From: Pseudomonadota bacterium
Lineage (GTDB): Bacteria; Pseudomonadota; Gammaproteobacteria; Burkholderiales; Burkholderiaceae_C
DNA: 64,000 bases
Reading direction: 5' to 3'
Assembly (NCBI GenBank): GCA_041164825.1
Contig: JBEAOO010000002.1
Span: 7,082 to 71,081, forward strand
Shown here: positions 11,537 through 21,228 of the stretch, piece by piece
Numbering within the stretch: the stretch's first letter is position 1
How the letters are laid out: each line of letters opens with the position of its first letter
Program-made: the position numbers and the translations under genes
The notes under the pieces: generated by a model
The model's input: the letters and a program-made list of their open reading frames with translations, nothing else
What the model was told of the DNA's origin: nothing
Databases searched by the model: none

Positions 11537-11575
11537 ACGCCGTGCGTCAGCGCGTGGCGCGCTGACGCACGGCGT
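11537..11575. terminator. 19-bp-stem GC-rich hairpin between convergent genes (bidirectional terminator candidate)
   Basis: acgccgtgcgtcagcgcg-tgg-cgcgctgacgcacggcgt is a perfect inverted repeat with a 3-nt loop. It covers the stop codon and last codons of the DUF1841 gene. No U-tract. Confidence 0.4.
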
Positions 11576-11978
11576 CGATGTAGCGGTGGCCATCGGGCGG
11601 CAGGCCGCTGCGCTGAGACGTCCAGAGCATGTCGCCCAGGCACTCCATCACCTCGTGGTGGGCCTCGTGAGCCGAGCCGCGTTTGGCCGCCAGCAGCTCA
11701 AACGCCTGCTTGATGCCACGCGGCTGATCGATGCTCACCTGCTCGCTGATGGAGAGGTGCATCGACAAGTGCAAAAACGGGTTGGTGCGGCCGTCCTCCA
11801 CCTCAAACACCGCCGCCAGCGCGGCCTCGACATCGCGCAGGTCGGCGTCGTACTCGGGATGCTGGTCCACCCACACGGCGGCGTTGGACTCCATCGGCGT
11901 CAGCGGCAGGCCTTGGCGGCGCTTGGCCCAGACCTCGCAGAAGAATCGCCTCACATCGGCTTGGGAAGGTGCAAACAT
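11547..11978 (-). CDS. DUF1841 family protein
   Basis: Start at ATG 11976-11978 (MFAPSQADVRRFFCEVW…). Characteristic NPFLHLSMHLSISEQV and EAHHEVMECLGDMLW segments. Confidence 0.75.
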   Translation of the reverse strand: MFAPSQADVRRFFCEVWAKRRQGLPLTPMESNAAVWVDQHPEYDADLRDVEAALAAVFEVEDGRTNPFLHLSMHLSISEQVSIDQPRGIKQAFELLAAKRGSAHEAHHEVMECLGDMLWTSQRSGLPPDGHRYIDAVRQRATR

Positions 11979-12040
11979 GCAGAATTGTCGCCGCGCGCGC
12001 ACTGCGCCTGTCGCCACCGTTTTTTCAACCCGGGCCGCCT

Positions 12041-12796
12041 GTGGATTTCCCCGTCATCACCGATCCCTTGTTTTACGCGCTGGCGGTGCCGGCGGTCATC
12101 TTGTTGGGTCTGTCCAAGAGCGGTTTTCTGGCGGGTTTTGGCTCGCTCGCCACGCCGCTGCTGGCGCTGGCGGTCCCGGTGCCGCAGGCTGCGGCCATCA
12201 TGCTGCCGCTGCTTCTGGTGATGGATTTGCTGGGGGTGCGTGCGCTCTGGCTCTCGCGCGACCGCGGCCTCATCCGTTTGCTGGTGCCCGCGGGCTTGCT
12301 GGGCTCGCTGATCGGCATGCTGACCTTCGGCATGTTGTCGACCAAGATGGTGTCGGGCATCGTGGGCGGGCTGACGCTGATGTTCTTGTTGCAGCGCTTG
12401 CTCTTTCCGCCCAAGGCCGACGCGCCGCCACCACCGCGCTGGGTGGGCGCCATCCTCGGCACCATGACGGGCTTCACCAGCTTCGTGGCCCATGCCGGCG
12501 GCCCGCCGGTGAGCGCCTACCTGCTGCCGCAGCGGTTGCCGCCGCTGGTGTTCGCGGGCACCAACGCCACGCTGTTCGCCATCATCAACCTCAGCAAATG
12601 GGGGCCCTATGCCTGGCTCGGCCTCATCGACTGGCGCAACATGGCCACCTCCCTGCTGCTCGTTCCGCTCGCCCCGGTCGGCGTGTGGCTCGGCGTGTGG
12701 CTGATGAAGCACGTGCCCACCGGCCTGTTCTACCGCCTGGCCTACGCGGGCATGGGGCTGACGGGCGTGAAGCTGTTGTGGGACGGGTTGAAGTGA
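12041..12796 (+). CDS. Sulfite exporter TauE/SafE family membrane protein
   Basis: About 251 aa, 7-8 hydrophobic helices, TauE-like motifs (LLGLSKSGFLAGFGSLATPLL; FTSFVAHAGGPPVSAYLL). Start uncertain (GTG 12041 preferred over GTG 11969). Confidence 0.75.
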   Translation: MDFPVITDPLFYALAVPAVILLGLSKSGFLAGFGSLATPLLALAVPVPQAAAIMLPLLLVMDLLGVRALWLSRDRGLIRLLVPAGLLGSLIGMLTFGMLSTKMVSGIVGGLTLMFLLQRLLFPPKADAPPPPRWVGAILGTMTGFTSFVAHAGGPPVSAYLLPQRLPPLVFAGTNATLFAIINLSKWGPYAWLGLIDWRNMATSLLLVPLAPVGVWLGVWLMKHVPTGLFYRLAYAGMGLTGVKLLWDGLK

Positions 12797-12808
12797 GTTG
12801 AGCTCGCT

Positions 12809-14632
12809 TCAGTCTTGCGGGCGCTGAGCGTCGCTGTTCCACCGCGGCCGCTTCAACGCCTGCTCGCGCTCTTGCGCAAACAAGGCTTCCAGCTGCTCGC
12901 GCGCTTGGCGGGCCACGGCCACGAGGCGGGCTTCGTCTTGCCAGTGCGGGGCCATCTCGTCGAGCTGGCGCAGGTTGTGGCGGCGAAAACGTTGGGCCAA
13001 GGTGCGGGCCTCGTGGGGCAGCCAGCCGAGCAACTCCAGCGTGCTGCGGGCGCTCATCAGGGCCGAGTCCAGCGTCTCGCGTTCGATCAGCGTGACGCCG
13101 AGCGCTTTGAGCGCAAAGTGGTGCCGCACATTGCGGGCGCGGGCCACCACGGTCAGCGCCGGGAAGTGCTGGCGCACCAGCGCGGCCACGGCCAGGCTGC
13201 GCTCCACATCGTCAATGGCGAGCACGAACACACGCGCTGTCGCGGCGCCAGCGGTGCGCAGCAGGTCGAGCCGGCTGGCGTCGCCGTAGTGCACGCGCCA
13301 GCCGAAGCGGCGCATGGCCTCGATCGCGTCGGGGTCGTGGTCGAGCACCGTGGGTTGCACGCCGTTGGCATACAGCATGCGGCCCACCACCTGGCCGTAG
13401 CGGCCGAAGCCGGCAATGATGACGGGTGCGGTTTGGTGCTCGGACAGTGGCGCCATGTCGCTGCGTTTGTCGCCGCGCAGCTGCGGCAACCACCAGCGGT
13501 CTGCCGCCACCAACAGCAGGGGGCTGAGCAACATGGACACGGCCACGGCAGCCACCAGCAGCGATGAGGTGGGCGCGTCAATCACGCCCGCTTGCGCCGC
13601 GGTTTGGAACACCACAAAACCGAATTCACCGCCTTGCGCCAGCAAGATGACGAACACCGGTCGCTCGGCCAGGGGCAGGTCCATGCCGCGTGCCATGGCC
13701 GCGAGCACCGCCGCCTTGAGCAGCAAAAAGCCCGCCACCACGGCGGCAATCAGCAGCGGGTGTTGGCGCACCACGGCGAAGTCGATGCTCATGCCCACAG
13801 CGATGAAAAACAGGCCCAGCAGCAGGCCTTTGAAGGGCTCGATGTCGGTTTCCAGCTGGCGCCGGTACTCGCTCTCGGCCAGCAGCACGCCGGCCAGAAA
13901 GGCACCGAGCGCCATCGACAAGCCCACCCACTGCATCAGCGCGGCAATGGCCACCACCAGCAGCAGCGAGGCGGCGGTGAAGATCTCGGGCGTGCGGCTG
14001 CTGGCGATCCAGCGCAGCGCCGGGCGCAGCAGCAAGCGGCCGCCGAGCACGATGGTGGCGATGACGGCGATCGGCTTGAGCCAGCCCCAGCTGCTGTGCG
14101 CCGTGGCCTCGTGGGTGGCGGCCAGCAGCGGCAGCAGCGCCAGGATGGGAATGGCGGCCACGTCTTGGAACAGCGCCACGCTGAGGATGCTTTGACCCGA
14201 GCGGGTGGGCATCAGGTGCCGCTCGTTCAGCACGCCCAGGCCGATGGCGGTGGACGACAGCGCCAGGCCGAGTGCGGCCACCACCGCCAGCGCCAGGCTT
14301 TGCCCGGCCAGCAGCGCCACGCCCACCATCAGCGCGGCCGAGCCCAGCAGCTGCACGCTGCCCCAGCCAAAGATCGGGTGGCGCAGCGCCCACAGGCGGC
14401 GCGGCTCCAGCTCCAAGCCCACCAAGAACAGCATCAGCACCACGCCGAATTCGGCGAAGTGCAGCATGTCGCTCGGGTCGGTGACCAGGCCCAGGCCCCA
14501 GGGGCCGATGGCGATGCCGGCCACCAAGTAGCCAATGATGCTGCCCAGGCCGAGCGCCTTGGCCAGCGGCACGGCCAGCACGGCCGCGCCCAGGTAGACC
14601 AGGGTGCCGGTGAGCCAAGAGGTGTGTTCCAT
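12809..14632 (-). CDS. Glutathione-regulated K+ efflux / monovalent cation:proton antiporter-2 (KefB/KefC-like) with KTN domain
   Basis: 607 aa. 12-13 TM Na_H_exchanger-type N-terminal region, then a TrkA-N Rossmann motif IIAGFGRYGQVVGR. Confidence 0.9.
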   Translation of the reverse strand: MEHTSWLTGTLVYLGAAVLAVPLAKALGLGSIIGYLVAGIAIGPWGLGLVTDPSDMLHFAEFGVVLMLFLVGLELEPRRLWALRHPIFGWGSVQLLGSAALMVGVALLAGQSLALAVVAALGLALSSTAIGLGVLNERHLMPTRSGQSILSVALFQDVAAIPILALLPLLAATHEATAHSSWGWLKPIAVIATIVLGGRLLLRPALRWIASSRTPEIFTAASLLLVVAIAALMQWVGLSMALGAFLAGVLLAESEYRRQLETDIEPFKGLLLGLFFIAVGMSIDFAVVRQHPLLIAAVVAGFLLLKAAVLAAMARGMDLPLAERPVFVILLAQGGEFGFVVFQTAAQAGVIDAPTSSLLVAAVAVSMLLSPLLLVAADRWWLPQLRGDKRSDMAPLSEHQTAPVIIAGFGRYGQVVGRMLYANGVQPTVLDHDPDAIEAMRRFGWRVHYGDASRLDLLRTAGAATARVFVLAIDDVERSLAVAALVRQHFPALTVVARARNVRHHFALKALGVTLIERETLDSALMSARSTLELLGWLPHEARTLAQRFRRHNLRQLDEMAPHWQDEARLVAVARQAREQLEALFAQEREQALKRPRWNSDAQRPQD

Positions 14633-14641
14633 CTCAGTTGC

Positions 14642-15310
14642 TCAGTTGTCTTCGCCCAGCGAGGGGTGCTCGGTGGGGCGTTCGTCGTCGGGCACCTCGC
14701 AGGCGGCGCACTCGGGCAGCTCGTCCATCTCGGGCCAGTTCGGGTGGCTGGCCAGGCGCTGCGCAAATTCTCTGGCGTGCGCCTGCAACTCGGCCGCGCT
14801 CACGCGGTGTGCGCCGTGCAGCACCAACGGGGGCAAAAAGCGCAGGCCGCACAGCGCAGCGGTTTGCTCGTAAGGCGGCAAAAAGGCATCAAAGAAATAG
14901 CGGTTGTGGCCGTCGGGGCGGTAGGCGTCTTCGGTGCCGCCGGTGCTGGCCACCAGCCACAGGTCTTTGCCGCGCAGTGCGTGGCCGCCGGGCCCGTAGG
15001 CCCAGCCAAAAACCAGCACCTCGTCCTGCCACAGCTTCATCAGCGGCGGCATGCTGTACCAGTGGATCGGGTGCAGCCACACCACCAGCTCGGCCGCGAT
15101 CAGGGCCTCGCGCTCGGCGGCCACGTCGATCAGGTAGTCGGGGTAGAGCGCGTACAGGTCGCGCACCGCCACCTCGGCGCCCGCACCCGCCGCCGCGCCC
15201 ATCAGCGCGCGGGTGATGTGCGAGTGGCGCAGGTCGGGGTGGGCGGCGAGCACCAGCACACGGGGTGCCGGAGCGACTTCGAGCGGTGCGGACTGGGGCA
15301 GCTGGGGCAT
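14642..15310 (-). CDS. KefF/KefG-like flavodoxin-fold NAD(P)H quinone oxidoreductase (ancillary subunit of Kef system)
   Basis: 222 aa with LVLAAHPDLRHSHITRAL…WLHPIHWYSMPPLMKLWQDEVL pattern. Located 9 nt upstream of the kefB-like gene on the same strand. Confidence 0.8.
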   Translation of the reverse strand: MPQLPQSAPLEVAPAPRVLVLAAHPDLRHSHITRALMGAAAGAGAEVAVRDLYALYPDYLIDVAAEREALIAAELVVWLHPIHWYSMPPLMKLWQDEVLVFGWAYGPGGHALRGKDLWLVASTGGTEDAYRPDGHNRYFFDAFLPPYEQTAALCGLRFLPPLVLHGAHRVSAAELQAHAREFAQRLASHPNWPEMDELPECAACEVPDDERPTEHPSLGEDN

Positions 15311-15406
15311 GGGTCAAATGGATCAGGGCGGGCGGCGCGGCGTGGCGGGCCGGTAACATGTTGGCCCCGGTGCCAAGCGGCCTGCCGGACCCTCAGGAGC
15401 AAAACG

Positions 15407-16024
15407 ATGACCGTGATTGTGGTGGCCAATCCCAAAGGGGGTGTGGGCAAGAGTACGTTGTCCACGCAAGTCGCGGGCCTGTTGGCCTCGCAAGGCCATG
15501 CGGTGATGCTCGGTGATGTGGATCGCCAGCAGTCGGCGCGCGGCTGGCTGGCGGCACGCCCGGCCACGGCGGCCCCGATTCGCGGCTGGGACACCGACGG
15601 CGACGAGCTGCTGCGCCCGCCCAAAGGCACGACCCATGCCGTGCTCGACACCCCCGCCGGCCTGCACGGCAAGCGGCTGGACGCAGTGCTCAAGCTGGCC
15701 GACAAGCTGCTGGTGCCGCTGCAGGCCAGCATTTTTGACATCAACGCCACGCACGCGTTTTTGCAGCAGCTGGCGGCGCACCGCCGCGTGAGCAAGGTGC
15801 AGGTGGGCGTGGTGGGCATGCGCATGCGCGAAAACACGCTCGCGGCCCAGCAATTGCATCAGTTTCTCGACACGCTGGATGTGCCGGTGGTGGGCTATGT
15901 GCGCGACACGCAAAACTACATCCAGCTGTCGGCCCACGGGCTGACGATCTGGGATGTGGCACCGAGCCGGGTGGAGCGCGACTTGGCGCAATGGGCGTCC
16001 CTTGCCGAGTGGCTGGCGCGCTGA
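15407..16024 (+). CDS. ParA/MinD-family P-loop ATPase (orphan, no parB or minE nearby)
   Basis: ATG 15407 preceded by aggagc. Deviant Walker [11 protein letters not shown], then DTPAG. About 205 aa. The upstream part of the 810-aa track ORF is antisense to kefB/kefG and is rejected. Confidence 0.8.
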   Translation: MTVIVVANPKGGVGKSTLSTQVAGLLASQGHAVMLGDVDRQQSARGWLAARPATAAPIRGWDTDGDELLRPPKGTTHAVLDTPAGLHGKRLDAVLKLADKLLVPLQASIFDINATHAFLQQLAAHRRVSKVQVGVVGMRMRENTLAAQQLHQFLDTLDVPVVGYVRDTQNYIQLSAHGLTIWDVAPSRVERDLAQWASLAEWLAR

Positions 16025-16103
16025 ATGCCGTCTCCCCCGGAAGGGGGTGAGGCCCTCGTCCACGGGGCACGTACCATCTTCGTCAACACCAAGGGAGCGC
16101 TGC

Positions 16104-16850
16104 ATGAAAGTCCTGCTGATCGATGACCATCCGCTGATCCTCTCGGCCTTGAAAGCCGTGATCCAGGGCCTCGGCGACGACGTGACCGTGGTGGGTGCGG
16201 CCAGCGCCCGTGAAGGCCGCCTGGCGCTCAAGACGCAGTCCGACATCGACCTGGTCTTGCTCGACCTGCAACTCGGCGATGCCAACGGCTTTGACGTGCT
16301 GGTGGAGTTCCGGGCGACTTACCCGGCCCTGCCGGTGGTGGTGGTGTCGGCCTCAGACCGCACCAGCGATGTGATCCGCTCCATCGACTCCGGCGCCATG
16401 GGTTTTGTGCCCAAACGGGCCAGCAACGACACCTTGTTTGAGGCGCTGCACATGGTGATGTCGGGCGGCATTTACGTGCCGCCGATGTCGCTCACGCCCG
16501 ACCGCCGCGCCGAGCGCCCGGCCGAGGTGAAACCGGGTGACCCGCCGCCGCCGTTCCTGCGCCGCGTCACCGACACCGCGTCGATGGCCGAGTACCAAAC
16601 CGTGCCCTCGCTCGAATCACTCGGCCTCACGCCGCGCCAGAGCGAGGTGCTGACCTTGCTGCTGCAAGGCAAGCCCAACAAGCTGATCGCGCGCGAGCTG
16701 GGCGTGTCGGTGGAAACCGTGAAGGACCACGTGGCCGCAGTGCTGCGGGCCCTGGGCGTGAGCTCGCGCACCCAGGCGGTGCTGGCGGTGGGCCAGATGT
16801 CGCAACCGCTGCCGCGCCTGATGGCGTGGCGCAAGGCGAGCAGCACCTGA
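16104..16850 (+). CDS. LuxR/FixJ-family response regulator (REC + long linker + HTH_LuxR)
   Basis: MKVLLIDDHPLIL…LVLLDLQLGDANG receiver. C-terminal LTPRQSEVLTLLLQGKPNKLIARELGVSVETVKDHV helix-turn-helix. Confidence 0.9.
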   Translation: MKVLLIDDHPLILSALKAVIQGLGDDVTVVGAASAREGRLALKTQSDIDLVLLDLQLGDANGFDVLVEFRATYPALPVVVVSASDRTSDVIRSIDSGAMGFVPKRASNDTLFEALHMVMSGGIYVPPMSLTPDRRAERPAEVKPGDPPPPFLRRVTDTASMAEYQTVPSLESLGLTPRQSEVLTLLLQGKPNKLIARELGVSVETVKDHVAAVLRALGVSSRTQAVLAVGQMSQPLPRLMAWRKASST

Positions 16851-18766
16851 TGCCGAACCGCACCCAGTTTCAGGTGACGCCGCGTCGGCCTGCCGAAGAG
16901 GTTGCGGTGTCGCCGCTGCCCGCGCCGGCCGCGTCGCGCGGGCCCGCCATTGCGCCCGCACCCGAAACCGCGTCGAGCGACGCCGACCTCAGCCTGGGCC
17001 GCCTGCCCGACGAGGTGCAAAGCGTGTTCGAGTACGCCCCCGCCACCATGGGCGGCTACTTGGCGGGCGTGATCGTCATTGGCTCATTGTTCTGGGAGCC
17101 CTCGCCACCGGCGCTGTTGCTGGGTTGGATCACCGCCGTGGCCTTGATCGTGGTGGCCCGCATCTCGCTGGAGCGCCTGTTCTGGCGCAAGCCGCCGCAG
17201 ACCTTGGCCGACTGGCAGTTTTTTCGTCGCTGGTGGAACGTCGGCACGCTCGCGGGCGCAGTGCTCTGGGGCGCCATGGCCTGGATTTTTTACAGCTACG
17301 GCGACAGCACCCAGCGCACGGCGCTGATCGTGGTCGTCTACACCTTCTGCGTGGCCGCCGTGCCAGTGCTGGCCAACCAGCCCACCGTGTACTTGGCCTA
17401 CGGCACCTTCGCCTTCGTGCCGATGGCGGTGCGCATCTTGGTGGACGGCTCGGACGATTCCTGGAAACTGGCCGGCGTGCTGATGGTGATCCTGGTGCTC
17501 ACCACCATCTTGGCCCGCAATTACCGCCAGGCCCTGCAGCGTGCCATCGACCTCAAGCACCGGGCCGATCAGCTGCTGGTGCAACTGCGCCGCGAAAAAG
17601 ACGCGGCCGAGCAAGCCCGGCGCGAGGCCGAGGTCGCCAACCGCGCGAAAACCCAGTTCTTCACCGCCGCCAGCCACGACCTGCGCCAACCGCTGCACGC
17701 CATGGGCTTGTTTGCCGAGGCGCTGCGCCAGCGCAACCACGACGAAGAAGTGGCGCACCTGGTCAATAGCATCAATGGCTCGGTCGATGCACTTGAAGGC
17801 CTCTTCTCCGAGCTGCTCGACATCACCCGCATCGACACCGGCGGTGTCGACGTGGAGCCGCAGCACTTTGAGGTGGGCGACATCTTCCGCAAGCTGCGCC
17901 TGCACTTTGAGCCCACGGCGTTCGAAAAAGGCCTGTCGCTGCGCCTGCATGGTGGCCGCCATGTGGCGCATGCCGACCCGCTGCTGGTCGAGCGCGTGCT
18001 GCGCAACCTGCTGTCCAACGCCATCCGCTACACCAACGACGGTGGCGTGCTGGTGAGCTGCCGCCGGCGTGGCGACGTGCTGCGCCTGCAGGTGTGGGAC
18101 ACCGGCCTGGGCATTCGCGAGGTCGAGCAACAGCGCATTTTTGAAGAGTTCTACCAAGTGCCCAACAACGGCGGCCTCACGCCCACACAGCGCAAGGGCT
18201 TGGGGCTGGGCCTGGCCATCGTCAAGCGCCTCTCGGGGCTGATGGGTGCGCCGCTGTCCTTGTGCTCCGAGGCCGGGCGCGGTTCGGTGTTCACGCTCGA
18301 ATTGCCGATCGGTAAGCGCGCCCGTTCACCTGCAACCGTGCCTGCGGGCAAAGCGCCGCTGGGCATCACGCTGGAAGGCCGAACCATCGTGGTCGTGGAA
18401 GACGAACCCGCCGTGCTGGCGGGCTTGGAGGTGTTGCTCAAGGGCTGGGGGGCGCGCTTGGTTTGTTTCGACAGCGTGGGTGCTTGCACCACCTGGGCCA
18501 GCCGCGCCGACCCGGTGCTCGATCACCCTGACCTGCTGATCGTCGACTACCGGCTCGAAAGCGGCCGCAATGGCGTTGATGCCATCGTCGCGTTGCGCGA
18601 AACCTTCGAGGACCAGATCCCCGCCATCATGGTCACAGGCAGCACCATGACCGGCCACGATCTCGAAGCGCAAGAACGGGACTTCCACCTGCTGATCAAG
18701 CCAGTGGTGCCCAACAAGTTGCGGGCCATGATCGCCTTCAAGCTGGGCTCAGCGCCGCGGCGCTGA
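16850..18766 (+). CDS. Hybrid sensor histidine kinase with multi-TM N-terminal sensor, HisKA, HATPase and C-terminal REC
   Basis: ATG 16850 overlaps the TGA of the LuxR regulator by 1 nt. About 6 TM helices, H-box SHDLRQPLH, DTGLGI, GLGLGLAIV, receiver DLLIVDYRLESGRNG. Start alternative 16826. Confidence 0.85.
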   Translation: MPNRTQFQVTPRRPAEEVAVSPLPAPAASRGPAIAPAPETASSDADLSLGRLPDEVQSVFEYAPATMGGYLAGVIVIGSLFWEPSPPALLLGWITAVALIVVARISLERLFWRKPPQTLADWQFFRRWWNVGTLAGAVLWGAMAWIFYSYGDSTQRTALIVVVYTFCVAAVPVLANQPTVYLAYGTFAFVPMAVRILVDGSDDSWKLAGVLMVILVLTTILARNYRQALQRAIDLKHRADQLLVQLRREKDAAEQARREAEVANRAKTQFFTAASHDLRQPLHAMGLFAEALRQRNHDEEVAHLVNSINGSVDALEGLFSELLDITRIDTGGVDVEPQHFEVGDIFRKLRLHFEPTAFEKGLSLRLHGGRHVAHADPLLVERVLRNLLSNAIRYTNDGGVLVSCRRRGDVLRLQVWDTGLGIREVEQQRIFEEFYQVPNNGGLTPTQRKGLGLGLAIVKRLSGLMGAPLSLCSEAGRGSVFTLELPIGKRARSPATVPAGKAPLGITLEGRTIVVVEDEPAVLAGLEVLLKGWGARLVCFDSVGACTTWASRADPVLDHPDLLIVDYRLESGRNGVDAIVALRETFEDQIPAIMVTGSTMTGHDLEAQERDFHLLIKPVVPNKLRAMIAFKLGSAPRR

Positions 18767-18877
18767 GTGTCAGGCGCCTGACTCTGGCCGTGCAAAGGCT
18801 TTGCTTTCGGCCGTCGGCGCCAGCCTCCCCATGAACCGAGTCCCCGTGCCGCGAGGGGCCCGTGAACGCCAACAGCC

Positions 18878-19723
<846 letters not shown>

Positions 19724-19808
19724 TCAGGGAGGCCTCAGCAGGCCGGTTCGAGCAGGAGAGCCATCGCAGTCAGGGCCGAGGGCGGCCGCGGCGCTGGCGG
19801 CGGGCAGC

Positions 19809-20621
19809 TCAATAGCCGTGCAGGGTGTCGTCGGGAAAGCGGCGGGCTTTGACCTCGGCCACATAGCTGGCGAGGGCGCCTTCCACCGAGCCTGCGCCTT
19901 CCATGAAGTTGCGCACAAAGCGCGGCAGCTTGCCGCGGGTCACACCCAGCAGGTCGTGCAGCACCAGCACCTGGCCCGAGCAGCCCTTGCCGGCGCCAAT
20001 GCCGATCACGGGGATCGGCAGATCGCGCGTGATGTCGGCCGCCAAGGCCGAGGGCATCAGTTCAAACACCACCATCGAGGCGCCGGCCTCGGCCAGCTCC
20101 TTGGCATGGCGGCGCAACGTGGCCGCGCGCTCCTCGTCTTTGCCCTGGATGCGGTAGCCGCCAAAGGCATGCACCGACTGCGGTGTCAGCCCCAAGTGTG
20201 CGCAGACGGGGATGCCGCGCTGCACCAGCGCGCGCACGGCGTCAGTGGTCCAGCCGCCGCCTTCGAGCTTCACCATGTGGGCGCCGGCCTGCATCAGCAC
20301 CGTGGCGCTGCGCACGGCCTGCTCGACCGATTCTTGGTAGCTGCCAAAGGGCAGGTCGGCAATCAGCCAAGCCGTGCGGATGCCGCGAGCCACGCAGCGT
20401 GTGTGATACGCCATTTCTTCGAGCGTCACCGGCACGGTGCTGGTTTGGCCCTGCACCACCATGCCGAGCGAGTCGCCCACCAAGATGCAGTCCACGCCAG
20501 CGTCGTCGGCCACGCGGGTGAAGCTGGCGTCGTAGCTGGTCACCATGGCAATGGGGTCGCCGCTGGCATGCATTTGGCGCAGCGTGTGCAGCGTGATGGG
20601 TTTGCGGGTGTCGGTGGTCAT
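19809..20621 (-). CDS. panB: 3-methyl-2-oxobutanoate hydroxymethyltransferase
   Basis: Start ATG 20619-20621 ([14 protein letters not shown]…). [28 protein letters not shown] motifs. Confidence 0.95.
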   Translation of the reverse strand: MTTDTRKPITLHTLRQMHASGDPIAMVTSYDASFTRVADDAGVDCILVGDSLGMVVQGQTSTVPVTLEEMAYHTRCVARGIRTAWLIADLPFGSYQESVEQAVRSATVLMQAGAHMVKLEGGGWTTDAVRALVQRGIPVCAHLGLTPQSVHAFGGYRIQGKDEERAATLRRHAKELAEAGASMVVFELMPSALAADITRDLPIPVIGIGAGKGCSGQVLVLHDLLGVTRGKLPRFVRNFMEGAGSVEGALASYVAEVKARRFPDDTLHGY

Positions 20622-20801
20622 TGCGGTCTCCGTCCCTGTGCACCACAAAGGCGCGGGGGTGGTTGAAGTGCGCGCAGTCTAGCCGCAGTCGGGCTGCACG
20701 CCCGTGCCGTGCTTGTGCGTTTTGCACTACCCGGCCATGGCGACTCACGCGGGCATGCGGTCGAGGACAGAGGTTCTGCATGTCGGAAGAGTTCGGCCTT
20801 C

Positions 20802-20847
20802 GGCACCTCGGCACCTTGGCACCTTGGCACCTTGGCACCTTGGCATC
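20802..20847. repeat. 8-bp tandem repeat (ggcacctt)n, about 5.5 units
   Basis: ggcacctc ggcacctt ggcacctt ggcacctt ggcacctt ggcatc, read directly. Intergenic, between scpA and panB. Confidence 0.9.
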
Positions 20848-20901
20848 CTGCGCCTGGGGGGGCGTTCGGTTCGAACGCATCTCGTTCGACGATCGGCCCG
20901 A

Positions 20902-21001
20902 GGGCGGCGATGGGCCGGGCCGATTTGCTGCGTGTCCCCCGGGCCCGCTGCGCGAGCCCTCCTCCTCTACCTCCGCAAATCGGCCCGGCCCATCACCGCC
21001 C
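20902..21001. repeat. 27-bp inverted repeat (26/27 match) flanking a 46-nt loop
   Basis: Left arm gggcggcgatgggccgggccgatttgc (20902-20928), right arm gcaaatcggcccggcccatcaccgccc (20975-21001). Absent from the related repeat copy at 55906. Confidence 0.8.
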
Positions 21002-21187
21002 CTGCACACACCGAGGCATGCGGACACGTGGCATGTCATCATCGGTTCTGGGAGCGCTGGGCCGCCTTCGCTTTGGCAGGGGGAGCCGGCCGCCGGCCGG
21101 CGGAGGACACGGAGCAAAGCGAATGCGGCACAGTGCTCCTCGCGCCAGACCGTGGAATGCGGTTCGCCCTGGTGCCGAGAACGGGCC
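21002..21187 (+). repeat. Dispersed ~190-bp intergenic repeat, copy 1
   Basis: Aligns by eye in direct orientation with 55906-56095, roughly three quarters of positions identical. Both copies keep a 15-bp-stem hairpin (here 21061-21075 / 21115-21129). Confidence 0.75.
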
Positions 21188-21228
21188 AAGCCTGCTGAAC
21201 TTTGGACGCCTTTGACCGCGACGGCGTC

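Noticed and set aside
13592-15406. Upstream 605 codons of the 810-aa plus-strand ORF
   Set aside because: Only the last ~205 codons (ParA-like, from ATG 15407 with an RBS) look like protein. The rest is antisense to the kefB- and kefG-like genes and is Gln/His/Arg-rich junk.
20802-20847. CRISPR-like reading of the short tandem repeats
   Set aside because: Units are 8 bp with no spacers and no cas genes. This is a simple microsatellite.
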